A stretch of 64,000 nt of DNA from Diplonema japonicum (taxonomy: Eukaryota > Protista > Euglenozoa: Diplonemea), in contig OZ025722.1 in NCBI GenBank assembly GCA_964019335.1, positions 310,001-374,000 of the forward strand, read 5' to 3'. Positions 11,720 through 21,746 of the stretch are shown piece after piece; the first letter of the stretch is position 1; every line of letters begins with the position of its first letter. A program made the position numbers and the translations under genes. Below the pieces are notes generated by a model that was given only the letters and a program-made list of their open reading frames with translations, was not told the origin of the DNA and did not search any database.

Positions 11720-12650
11720 GGAGATGACGAGAAGGTCAAAGAGGGTTCCGTAGGGGAGTTTATAGTTGAAGAGACAGATGCGCGTCTACGCCGTCCACCA
11801 CAGGGCAACGTACAGTCCAAATGGCATAGTCATTTGAAAGTGACGTTGCCTTTGGGGCAGAAGTTATTTCTGCTTGGAAGGTACTTATGTGGGAATTACA
11901 CCGATCACCGGTCACGTTTGCGTTGGAAGATCCTTGACCCGCGTGCCCTGGTTTGATGACCAGCCTGAACGGAACGGAGACTATGAAACAAGCAGTGACG
12001 ACGACCGGAGAATACTTCCTACTCCTGAGAGCACACGGGCAACTCGAAGGGAAAGACCAAAGCAAGCCCTTCCAGCCAGCAGAGAGCCTCAGACAACGAG
12101 GACTCCAGATGGACAGGATCGCGATAGCGGAGTACAGCCACAAGGAGCTCCACTACCCCACTACACAAAAGAGGGCAAGAAGTGAGATCTCAGAGCAGAC
12201 GGGGTGGAAGTGCCATATGCAGGCAAAAACAAAGGATGGCACCCCAGCCTCATCTTGTACAAGAAGCACAAGACCGAGGAAGCAGAGGAGGGCCACCCGA
12301 GGCACAACAGAGGACATGGACAACCTCCCCAACGCAGCAGCAACAACAGCGACAACAGAAAGTAAAGAAGAAGACATCAGTACCTCCCCCCCCCTTCCTC
12401 CTCCTCCCTTCCTGCTGTTCTACGTCGGGTGGATCAAGCGTCTAGGAGCTGAAGAAGCACGTGAGCGGGAGCCTGATGATGAAGCACGGAGAAGACATTA
12501 TCAAGTAGCTCAGGAATCTGAAGTAGTACGACGGACCGAGACGAGTCAATGGCAATGGAACTCGTACTAGACTTCGAGAACAGGGAAAGAGGTAGATAAG
12601 TAGAGATAAGTAGACAAGGACGTTCCAGAACAGGAACCTCCTTTATCTCA
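11720..12650 (+). mobile_element. Decayed coding-like segment, possibly an LTR-retrotransposon integrase remnant
   Basis: Homopolymer-poor, GC-balanced island. Broken frames give KVK..GEF, VHHRATYSPNGIV and WG.SY..EGTYVG, weakly reminiscent of copia-type integrase motifs. Confidence 0.25.
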
Positions 12651-12803
12651 TCTCTTATTCTGTGTTTATTTCATCACAGTGTTGATGGGCTGAGGCGTGT
12701 CGTGAGTGTGTATCGTGGAGGATATCTGGTGTGGAAAGAAGGGAACCTACTCCACCCACTATGCCGGATGCGTGAGTAAAGATGGGGGGTCAGAGTTTTG
12801 AAT

Positions 12804-12886
12804 TCCTGTGTGGTAGAGTGGTTACCGTGCTCACCTGTCAGGCCCCCCTGTTCCAGGAGTCGCGGGTTCGAATCCCGATGCAGTGG
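12804..12886 (+). pseudogene. tRNA-Asp(GTC)-like relic or SINE head
   Basis: A-box TGGTAGAGTGG, CTGTCA anticodon loop followed by extra sequence, T-arm GCGGGTTCGAATCCCG, then a T-run. Stems are imperfect. Confidence 0.5.
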
Positions 12887-13164
12887 TTTTTTCATCAGGG
12901 TTCGAACCCCACTTGTGCCGTGTTTTTTCCACCGGAGCTGCTTCATTTTGTATAGTACAAAGTAAGGCAAATCACCAAAAAAAATTTTATTACAAAAAAA
13001 AATTCCATATGTCGAACATTGGGCCCCGGACGCAAATAAATCCATTCCAACCCTAGAAAAAGCAATTAGAAATTTTTTTAGCTCTTCAAAATGCGGTTTC
13101 TGGTGGGTCACTAGCGAATATGGAGCGTTATTATGATTCCCACCCCCCTCCCACTTCTTTTTTC

Positions 13165-13288
13165 AGGGGCAGCAAGACCTTTGGCCGGGTCTAGGTGTGT
13201 AACGACACCTCCCCTTAAGTGAGTCATAAACAGACCTTTCAAAACAGGGGTAATCGGCAAAGAAAAAAAAATGCCCCCCCCCCTACCG
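13165..13288 (+). repeat. Dispersed repeat family A, copy 1 (others at 31022-31084 and 32882-33040)
   Basis: GGGGCAGCAAGACCTTTGGCCG...CGACACCTCCCCTTAAG is shared by three loci. Confidence 0.85.
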
Positions 13289-13980
13289 CGAGGAAACGGG
13301 GCCAGGCACGCCATGCCTGAGAGGTGGTGCCGCACAGGTTAGAACTCACTCCAATGTGTCGTTTGACCACAAACACCCCCACGTTGTTACCTTTCTCTCC
13401 CCTCTCTCTCTGCCGTTCCCTGTTCTTTAAAGGAGAAAAAGTAAAATAGTTTACCTCTCTTTTTTGTGTCTCTGTGGTTCGTTACTTTCGATCAAATAGA
13501 GATATGTGGAGGAGGTTTTTTTTTGTTTTGTTTTGTTTCCTTTGAGAAAAAAAAAAAAAAAAGGGATAGAAGGGAGGAAAGGGAGAAGGTAAAATTTAAT
13601 TTTTTTTTCTTTTTGTTGCGTGTTTTGTCTCTCTCCATTAGGTGGGTTCAGTAGTTAGTTCATTCCATCCCTCCCTTATTGTCTGTTTCGCCCCTTGAAA
13701 GGTTTAGAATGAAATTTTCCGTTTGCCCTTTTTAAAGAAAAAGAATGGAAAAGAACTAAAATAAAAAAAGAAGAAAAATAAAAAACTAAATAAAAATGCC
13801 CTTCCTTCATTTTTTTTTAAACGTGCCAAAAGTTAACATAGAGATACTATAAAACAAAAAAAAAAGAAGGGGGTAAAAAAAAAAGTTGATGACAAATGTC
13901 AGTCATACATCTTTCACTTTACTGTATTTTTTAAAAAGAAATAACCCCCGCACTTTTTTTTTTGGCAGCTGCCAGTGCAT

Positions 13981-14039
<59 letters not shown>

Positions 14040-14520
14040 ATGGTTTTTACACAGACCCTCTCCGTGAAGGTGACAGGAGAAGACTTAAAATGACACTAAA
14101 GAATAAGAAAAGTATGAGGCACTCAACCTTTCCTAACGAAAAAAAAAGAGGAAATATTTTGAATAAGAAGAGAAGTCAAGACACCCAGTACGCCTTTCAG
14201 GTGATATGACACCAAACAACCCCCCCCCCCCCCCCTCAAAAGAAAAAAGAGAGAGAGAGACACACTTCTTCTTGTTGTTTTTATTCTGCCAAACGTCTTT
14301 TCTTCTTCTTTCCCCTTTCTATGCTTGAAACATTTATCCTTCTAAAAAGGCTGTGCAAAAAAAAAAAAAAAAAGAAAAAAGAAAAAAAAAACTACTCTTT
14401 CAAGAGACTTACGAAAATTTCAACAGTAACAGCTTTTCTCCCCCCCCTTTTTTTTTGTTACTTTTCTATAATATCATCATTTTAAAAAAAAAAAAAAGAG
14501 GGGGGGAAAAAAAAAACAAT

Positions 14521-15384
14521 ATGGAAACTTGGCGAGACGAAACGATAAGCCCGGAGTATCTGCCAGTCCCCCCGGTGGGCGAGCAAGGAGTAGGCAGCTG
14601 GGAGGCAGAGACCTTACACTATTTTTACAAATCGAAGTTCTACAGCACCGACAGCCTGACGGAAATGTACCGCAGGGGAGTGGACATGGGAATGCTGCTC
14701 GCAACACGAACAGGAAAGTACTACCAGCTTGGGGTGCGTGGCGGGATGGCTGTGGTAACCGAGGTGCTAAACCACTCAGAGGGAGGGAAGGCAGTAAGAC
14801 AAGAATCCCTACGGCACTTCATCATCAGACGGGACGGTGTCATCATACGCGCTGGTACTGTACAAGAGATTACGGCTGCCGTTCTGCGAAACGTAGCGAA
14901 AAGCACCAGGAAAGCACAAGAAGAAGACCTCGATCGACTGCTTGAGTCGATAAAACCCGACACCACACTGCCACTGCCTACTGTGGGAGATACACCTATA
15001 CGTGTCCACCAAGCTGGTGTTGCTGTTAGGACCCTTGTTGCCCAAGTCGCTCACGCCCTTGATGTGCAGCAACAGCAAGCCGTCGCTGCCCAGCAGCAAC
15101 TGCTCGCCAAGCGCAAGAGAGACTCCGAGACGGTCTCCTTCACCGACCCTTCTAAGGGCAGCCACATCACCTTGACCCCTGGTGTGGGGTGCATCACCTA
15201 CGCAGTCGATGGCGAAGCCCGCCCTCCTGTCACTAAAGTTCTGTACAGTGCAAAGAAAAACCTTTTAAAATTTCCCGAGGTGAAAAAAGCAGCTGCGCTC
15301 CCAACAGACAGCAAGGAAGGCCTCGTCCGGGAAATCGAACGGACGTGCCAAGCAGCTGGGGTCACTTTCACGCGGCAAAAGTAA
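14521..15384 (+). CDS. Hypothetical protein
   Basis: Clean, homopolymer-free ORF from ATG 14521 with coding-like composition. No recognised domain. Confidence 0.75.
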   Translation: METWRDETISPEYLPVPPVGEQGVGSWEAETLHYFYKSKFYSTDSLTEMYRRGVDMGMLLATRTGKYYQLGVRGGMAVVTEVLNHSEGGKAVRQESLRHFIIRRDGVIIRAGTVQEITAAVLRNVAKSTRKAQEEDLDRLLESIKPDTTLPLPTVGDTPIRVHQAGVAVRTLVAQVAHALDVQQQQAVAAQQQLLAKRKRDSETVSFTDPSKGSHITLTPGVGCITYAVDGEARPPVTKVLYSAKKNLLKFPEVKKAAALPTDSKEGLVREIERTCQAAGVTFTRQK

Positions 15385-15469
15385 AAAAAAAAAATCTTTT
15401 TTTTTTCTTGTTTGGTTAGTAATTCTGCTTCAAAGAAAAAAAAAGGGGGGGGAGGGAGGGGAAAGAACG

Positions 15470-15501
<32 letters not shown>

Positions 15502-15508
15502 AGAAAAA

Positions 15509-16822
15509 ATGCAGGATCCGGTGTGGAAAGACAGCAAAGCGGAACCGTTGAAACTGGACAGTTTTCGGGGGCAGCTTATCCGTCAAGAGGAGACCATCAT
15601 CTTCGCGTTGATCGAGAGGGCGCAGTTTAAAAGGAACCCGTCGGTGTACAAACCCGCGGAGGACTTGGAGGGGTTGTCCCTGCTGGACTTCATGATGCGT
15701 GAGACAGAGACGACCCACGCGAAGGTCCGGAGGTACACATCACCAGACGAAACAGCGTTCAACAAAAGCATGGGCAATGTGAAACCGATCCTCCCGCTGT
15801 TGGACTACCCTGTGAGCATCAAACCGAACAAGATAAATGTAAACGACAAAATAAAATCGTTGTACGTGAACTCTGTTCTAGACGAGGTGTCCGCAGAAGG
15901 CGATGACCCAAACACATTCGGCAGCAGCTCGGTTGCGGACATAACATGCCTCCAGGCATTGTCCAAAAGAATCCATTTCGGAAAGTTCATCGCGGAGGCG
16001 AAGTTCCAGCAATCGACAGAACAATACACCAATCTAATCAAAACGAGAGACGCCGACGGGTTAATGACGCTGCTCACCGACCTCGCTGTCGAGGAGAAAG
16101 TTCTAAACAGAGTCGAACTAAAAGCAAGCACGTACGGGCAGGACCCTCAAAATCCAACAACGGAACACAAAGTCGACCCGAAAACCATTCGAAAACTGTA
16201 CAAAGAGATCGTCATGCCGATCACCAAAGAAGTCCAGGTGGACTACCTCTTACAGCGTTTGGAAAACGCCACCGTCGCTGTTTATCAAAATGACGGCGGG
16301 TGTCGAGACGCTGCTCTGCAGCATTTCGGCGACGTTGGTATTGTCGAGTGCGACAGTGTTGACTCTGTTTTCGCCACAATAGCTTCCAACGGTGTAGCGT
16401 GGGGTGTCGTGCCATTCGAAGATAAGAAAGTCGGGATTCTTAAGTCCACAAAACTTCTTCTAACTTCAGTAGATGGTATTAAAATTACCGCCGAAACCAC
16501 TGTGAATAGTACCAGATACCTTATTATAGGGAAGACTCTTCCTGTCCCGTCGGGGACCGACAAGACTGCCCTTACCTTCGGAGTTGCCCACCACTCTGGT
16601 GCTTTGTTCTCTGTTCTCGATGTTTTCCGGCAGTTGAACATCAACCTTACCACCATAGAGTCCCTCCCGCAGGACACCTCGTACAATTTCTTCCTCGAGC
16701 TTCAAGGGCACATCACCGACCCTTCTGTTGCGCAAGCGTTGGAGAAGCTGAAGGAGATCGCAGTGAACATTCGCCACTTGGGGTCGTACCAAGAAGCTTC
16801 TGGTTTCAAAGGTGCCGCTTGA
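15509..16822 (+). CDS. Eukaryotic-type (Aro7-like) chorismate mutase fused to a truncated prephenate dehydratase domain and an ACT domain
   Basis: LIRQEETIIFALIERAQF, RRYTSPDE and CLQALSKRIHFGKFIAEAKF match Aro7/plant CM. These are followed by PDT N-lobe-like GVVPFE...TRYLIIG and PheA-type ACT DKTALTF...GALFSVLDVF...INLTTIES...LGSY. Confidence 0.9.
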   Translation: MQDPVWKDSKAEPLKLDSFRGQLIRQEETIIFALIERAQFKRNPSVYKPAEDLEGLSLLDFMMRETETTHAKVRRYTSPDETAFNKSMGNVKPILPLLDYPVSIKPNKINVNDKIKSLYVNSVLDEVSAEGDDPNTFGSSSVADITCLQALSKRIHFGKFIAEAKFQQSTEQYTNLIKTRDADGLMTLLTDLAVEEKVLNRVELKASTYGQDPQNPTTEHKVDPKTIRKLYKEIVMPITKEVQVDYLLQRLENATVAVYQNDGGCRDAALQHFGDVGIVECDSVDSVFATIASNGVAWGVVPFEDKKVGILKSTKLLLTSVDGIKITAETTVNSTRYLIIGKTLPVPSGTDKTALTFGVAHHSGALFSVLDVFRQLNINLTTIESLPQDTSYNFFLELQGHITDPSVAQALEKLKEIAVNIRHLGSYQEASGFKGAA

Positions 16823-16900
16823 AAAGTGTGATTTTTTTTTTTTTTTTTTTTTTGACCCTTCCCCCCTAATTTCCCCCCCCCGCGACATAAACTCTTTTTT

Positions 16901-16962
<62 letters not shown>

Positions 16963-16965
<3 letters not shown>

Positions 16966-17114
16966 TTACAAAATTATTTATCTTTCAAAAAAAAGAAAAA
17001 GATTTTACTATATGCAACTTGTGCCGAGCAAAAAAAAAAAAAGAACTTTCGCAGCTTTTTTTTAAAAAAACCTTTTTTTTTTTGTTCGTGCAAACAACAA
17101 AGACATATAGTCAT
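16963..17114 (+). repeat. Dispersed AT-rich repeat family D, copy 1 (others at 32631-32862, 34927-35045 and 47503-47703)
   Basis: Shared islands TTGTTACA..ATTTATCTTTCAAAA, CTATATGCAACTTGTGCCGAGC, CGCAGCTTTTT and TCGTGC.AACAACAAAGACATATAGTCAT, separated by variable homopolymers. Confidence 0.8.
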
Positions 17115-17331
17115 ATTTTTTTTCTTTTTTTTTTTTTCCTACTATGCTCGCACGAGGTGTTTGAGTATTCTCCCCCACCTAATCCCCACCCTCCCCCCCC
17201 CCCCCCCCCCCAGAGCGAGTGAAATATTGAGGGGGCCGGTCGTTTTGTTTTATTTCTTTTATTTTTTTTTTATTACTTTTTTTTTTCAACGTTTTCATCA
17301 AAGCGGAAGGGTCATCTCCCTTCCTTCGTTG

Positions 17332-20280
17332 ATGAATGAGGAAATATGGTGGGGAGGCGGGAGTGAAGCTTCATCATCACCAGATGAGGACAGAGCGTCT
17401 CTTGACGACTGGGACATCGAGGAGGGCGACCCGGTGTCGAAACACCACCCAAAAACCGAGGAACGCGACGAAGAGAAGGGTTTCAACTGCGTGAAACCGT
17501 GGCTGGGGTCCATAAAAGGAGCGGCCCCGCAAGGGTGGACCGAGTCCTCCGACAAGGCGATGAACGAGAAACCGAACGCGGAGCTCAGCCTTCATCACGT
17601 CTACGGGTACAGAACAAGAGGGACGAAAAATAACGGGAGGTTCATAGAGGACCATTCGGTGGTGTACTTCGCGGCGGCGGTGGGCATCGTGCACAAAATC
17701 TCCACAAACGAGCAGTATTTCTACCAACACCACACGAAGGACATCGTCTGCATGGACATCCACCGCGGGAAATCGATCGTTGCAACAGGCGCGATAGGAA
17801 GTCTGTCCACAGCAAAGCTCTGCGTTTGGAAAATCAACACAACCGACCATCGCACGGAACACCTAACCTGCATATCTGGGCTTTTTTGGTATGCGGTTCT
17901 TTGCTGCTCTTTCACACACGACGGCCACCTCCTGGCGGCCATCGGTAATGACGAGAACCACACTGTCTTTGTTTACGATTGGAGGACAAACGCACCTTTG
18001 ATGCAAATGCCTACACCCGGTCGCAATGTCGTCCATCAAATATCATGGTGTCCCGAAGTTCTCGGCAGGCATTTTATCACAGTGGGTGTCCATCATTTGT
18101 ACGTATGGTCATTGAAGGACGGTGTTCTTCACCGTGCCCGCTCCAAGATCGACAAGAAGAAGAAACGCGAAAAGGCCGCCGGACCGGATTCTTACACATC
18201 CGTGTGCTGGACGGACGAACACGCGGTGGTGGCGACTAACACCGGGGATCTGATTCTTTTCAACATGGTCATGGACCCTGCGAAACCCGGTATTGTTAAA
18301 ATGCTTGAAATGCAGCGGTCCATCCGGGTCTGCAAGAAAACCGGCCAACGAAATGAATCGGACGAGGCACCACAGGAAGCGTTGAGAAAAGAGACCGGCG
18401 AGGAGTTTACATCAATGAAGACGTCGCAGCTTTTGGACGAGCTGCAAACATTTGTTGAGAAAATGTGCGGGAAGGACCCGCACCGTTCCTGTTGGGCAGC
18501 CGAGGTCGATGCGCTGCGGAAGGAGTTTGAACAAAATGTAGCAAATCTGTCCGAGTCGAGCAATTTCATACGCGACACAATGTCCGCCCTGAACAAGATC
18601 GAAGAGATCCAATCTGTAGCCGAAGAGGCATATGTGGACGCGCTCACGGTTGGTAACAACTTTACGTTCCCTCCCGACATCGCGAAGCAAGCCCCGTTGA
18701 CCGCAACACGAGCAAAGGGTACGTTGGACACCACGGACGCGTTTCTGGACGTGAAGTCCTCGTGGGACGACTCGGTGAAGGCGATGAGCCGATGCGTTGC
18801 GAGAAGCCGATTCGTTGCGAAAACGGAAACGTGTCGCAAGGAAGCAACGCACATTGTATGCACGGCCTCTTATGACTCCAGGTACGTGGTTGTTGGAGCA
18901 AGCGATGGCACATTAAAATTCTTCGATTTCAAGACACCGTCCACGAAGCCCGCGTGGTGTCTCACAATCTGTTCGAGTCCGATCCGAGCCCTCGACGTCT
19001 CACCTGGGACGGGGACCCTCCTCGCCGGCACTCTCGCTGCCTCTCTTTACACAGTTTCGTTCTCGCCTGAGAAGGGTCCTGCGAACACTCATGTGGAAGT
19101 GCAGTGTCATTTCGGCGATCTCCGATCTCATCTCCGAAAGTCCAACCCTGCCCCGGCCGGCTACGGCGAACTGTGGGGCCTCTCCCCGCACCCTTCAAAA
19201 TGCCAAGTCATCACCGCTACCGAAGACAGCACCTTACGGGTGTGGGACCCTTCTTTGAAAGCCATGATCAAACGCAAGAGCTTTCCGATCCCCGCGTGGA
19301 CATGCTGTTACAGTTCTTCTGGGGATGTCATCGCGGTGGGGTTCAAGAACGGGTCCTTCGCGGTGTACGCGGCACGATCGCTTCGGAGGATATGGCCGCC
19401 GGAGGGCGAGAAACTATCGGTGTCGCGGTACCGTGCCCAACGGGTGGCGTGCCTGAAGTTCGCCCCCAACGACAAGATGCTGGCCGTCGCATCGTTCAAT
19501 TTTCTCGATGTTTACAAAGTAGATGTGGGCTCCTGCTCCGTGACCTACACAGGATCCTGCACAGGGGTGTCGTCGCCTGTGAGCCACATCGACTGGTCGC
19601 AAGACTCGACCCTCTTGCAGTGCGTCAATAAATCATACGAGCTGCTCTTCTACGACGTGTCTCAGAAAAAGTCGAAGTTCAGTTTTTATCAGCTCACGCA
19701 CTCCCGGTCCACAGCGGACGTGAAATGGGCGACGCAATCGTGCCCGTTAGGCTGGGGCCTCCAAGGGATATGGTCCACGTTCATGGACGGGACGGATATC
19801 AACGGGTGTTCCCGCAGCATTGGGGAAAGCCATGTTGCTGTCGGGAACGATTGTCATGGGATTGAAGTGTTCCGGTACCCGTGTGTTGGCGGGGGGTTTA
19901 ACCATAGAGGTAAGCTGCGGTTTCGGCCGCAAAAACGGACATACTTCGGTCACTCCAGCCATGTGACGTGTGTTGGATGGGCACACGACGATGCCTACCT
20001 GTACAGCACTGGGGGGAACGACTGTTGTTTGATGCAATGGTCTGTCGTTGCGAGGGGAAAGGAAGGGAAGCCTTCCCCGCCCGCCGACACGGTCGATCCC
20101 CTTCGCCGCCCGCGTTCTAAACACTCCGCCGAAACCAAGAGAGGCCCCGTCACACGGCACACCGCAACACAACGTAACAGGCTTGCCTCTACCATGAGCA
20201 AGATCACCGCTTTTGAAAAGCTTAAAAAGACGGACACAAGCGTATACACGCAACCTGCACCGAAAAAAGACAAAAAATAA
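17332..20280 (+). CDS. EML/EMAP-like microtubule-associated protein (HELP motif + WD40 TAPE domain)
   Basis: HELP motif LSLHHVYGYR...VVYFAAAVGIVH...QYFYQHH; GELWGLSPHP; W...DGTDIN; GHSSHVTCV. The ORF-track extension upstream of 17332 is homopolymer noise. Confidence 0.9.
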   Translation: MNEEIWWGGGSEASSSPDEDRASLDDWDIEEGDPVSKHHPKTEERDEEKGFNCVKPWLGSIKGAAPQGWTESSDKAMNEKPNAELSLHHVYGYRTRGTKNNGRFIEDHSVVYFAAAVGIVHKISTNEQYFYQHHTKDIVCMDIHRGKSIVATGAIGSLSTAKLCVWKINTTDHRTEHLTCISGLFWYAVLCCSFTHDGHLLAAIGNDENHTVFVYDWRTNAPLMQMPTPGRNVVHQISWCPEVLGRHFITVGVHHLYVWSLKDGVLHRARSKIDKKKKREKAAGPDSYTSVCWTDEHAVVATNTGDLILFNMVMDPAKPGIVKMLEMQRSIRVCKKTGQRNESDEAPQEALRKETGEEFTSMKTSQLLDELQTFVEKMCGKDPHRSCWAAEVDALRKEFEQNVANLSESSNFIRDTMSALNKIEEIQSVAEEAYVDALTVGNNFTFPPDIAKQAPLTATRAKGTLDTTDAFLDVKSSWDDSVKAMSRCVARSRFVAKTETCRKEATHIVCTASYDSRYVVVGASDGTLKFFDFKTPSTKPAWCLTICSSPIRALDVSPGTGTLLAGTLAASLYTVSFSPEKGPANTHVEVQCHFGDLRSHLRKSNPAPAGYGELWGLSPHPSKCQVITATEDSTLRVWDPSLKAMIKRKSFPIPAWTCCYSSSGDVIAVGFKNGSFAVYAARSLRRIWPPEGEKLSVSRYRAQRVACLKFAPNDKMLAVASFNFLDVYKVDVGSCSVTYTGSCTGVSSPVSHIDWSQDSTLLQCVNKSYELLFYDVSQKKSKFSFYQLTHSRSTADVKWATQSCPLGWGLQGIWSTFMDGTDINGCSRSIGESHVAVGNDCHGIEVFRYPCVGGGFNHRGKLRFRPQKRTYFGHSSHVTCVGWAHDDAYLYSTGGNDCCLMQWSVVARGKEGKPSPPADTVDPLRRPRSKHSAETKRGPVTRHTATQRNRLASTMSKITAFEKLKKTDTSVYTQPAPKKDKK

Positions 20281-20345
20281 CTTTTATTTCTTTTTCTTCT
20301 ATGTTTTTACTTCATATCTCAGGGGGAGGAAAAAAAAGAAAAAGA

Positions 20346-21362
20346 ATGCCACCAAAGAAGAAGGGAGTTAAACGATCGGAGCTTTTGGAGGAAAGCGAGT
20401 CTGGGTCCGAGAAGAAAAAGGGAAAGCAAACGGCAGGAAGGAAGCGCGCGCGTTCTGAATCGTCGGACTCTTCTTCTTCGTCGTCGTCATCCTCTTCTTC
20501 TCCGCCGAAAAAAGCCAGCAAGGCGGGGAGAAAGCCGGCGCGAAAACCCGCGGGGAAAAAACCTGGAGGGAAAAATGTTGCTGGGGTTAAACGATCGGCT
20601 TCCTCCTCCTCATCCTCTTCCGACTCTTCTTCTTCTTCTTCTTCCTCCGAAGCTAAGAACGTGGCGAAGCGAAAGCAGCCCAAGAAAGCTGCGAGAAAAC
20701 CTGCTAGAAAACCCGCAGGGAAGCGGGGACAGTCGGCGGGGAAAAAGAAAGATACACCCCCTCCGTCTTCGTCTTCGTCGTCTTCTTCTTCTTCTTCTTC
20801 GTCCGATGAGGAAGCTGACAAAAACCCACCGAAAAAACCGCAAGGGAAAAGGGGAAAGCCCGCTGCGAAAAAAGCATCTCGAAAAGAAATTGTGAAGAAA
20901 CCGTCTGAGCCAGAGCCGACAGAGGACGAAAAAAAATCAGACAGCAAAGATCCAAGTCCTCAGAGAGAGGAAGAGGCACCACTTAAGAAAACAGAGGAAG
21001 CTGCGATAAAACCATCCGTGGAGAAAGAGCCAGAAAGGAAGGACAGTGGGGATGATCTGTTTGCTGATACACAGGACGCAGCTGTGCCTGAAGAAGCTGC
21101 TGTGCCTGAAGAAGCAGCTGTGATCTTCTCTTACGACTCAAATGACGATCGCAGCCACAGCTCTGAGGAGGAGGAGGAAGAGCCTGACCATCTTGAAGAG
21201 CTGCGAGAAAGATTCTACAACACCTTCGCCAAGATGCGGGAAAACTATCAGAAAAACACCACCGAGTTCCAAGAGGACTTCGCCGCCATCCAGAAGGAGA
21301 TCCAGCAGTCCCGCGTGGAACTGTCCCCGCGTTACTCAATGAGCCCAAAGACACCTAGTTAG
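20346..21362 (+). CDS. Low-complexity Ser/Lys-rich protein with alternating poly-Ser and basic blocks (Nopp140/Srp40-like charge pattern) and a C-terminal coiled coil
   Basis: Starts MPPKKK; three poly-Ser blocks alternate with ARKPA repeats; acidic tail. Confidence 0.7.
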   Translation: MPPKKKGVKRSELLEESESGSEKKKGKQTAGRKRARSESSDSSSSSSSSSSSPPKKASKAGRKPARKPAGKKPGGKNVAGVKRSASSSSSSSDSSSSSSSSEAKNVAKRKQPKKAARKPARKPAGKRGQSAGKKKDTPPPSSSSSSSSSSSSSDEEADKNPPKKPQGKRGKPAAKKASRKEIVKKPSEPEPTEDEKKSDSKDPSPQREEEAPLKKTEEAAIKPSVEKEPERKDSGDDLFADTQDAAVPEEAAVPEEAAVIFSYDSNDDRSHSSEEEEEEPDHLEELRERFYNTFAKMRENYQKNTTEFQEDFAAIQKEIQQSRVELSPRYSMSPKTPS

Positions 21363-21746
21363 TTTTGGGGGGATAGGGAAAAAGAAATTTTTTATCCTAG
21401 TTCTTTAACCATTTTTTATAGATCCCCCCCCCCCCCCCCCACCACTCTTTTTTTTTAGATTCCCTCCCTCAGAAAACACTTTAAACCTTTTTCTTTTTTT
21501 GCAATAATACCCCCCCCGCCCCCCCCTTCCCCTCGTTCCATCCAGCTTTTTATCTTATTTCTACTTTTTTTGTGTTGTGAACAAGGGTGGGAAAAAAAAA
21601 AAAAAAAACACACACACAATTTACAATAATTTAAAAAAAGGAGGTCCCGTGGGAACGTGTGGGCGGGTGGTTCCCAAAAGGGAAAAAAGAAGAAGAAGAA
21701 GAAGAAGAAAGTTAATTATATATATATATAAAAAAAAAAGCGGAAA

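Noticed and set aside
11444-12886. Functional tRNA-Tyr and tRNA-Asp genes
   Set aside because: A and B boxes are present but the acceptor, D and anticodon stems do not close; kept only as relics.
16963-17331. ORF-track N-terminal extensions (also 14353, 26511, 28001, 44542, 47976)
   Set aside because: Non-ATG or upstream starts running through homopolymers and dispersed repeats; true starts were placed at the downstream ATG.
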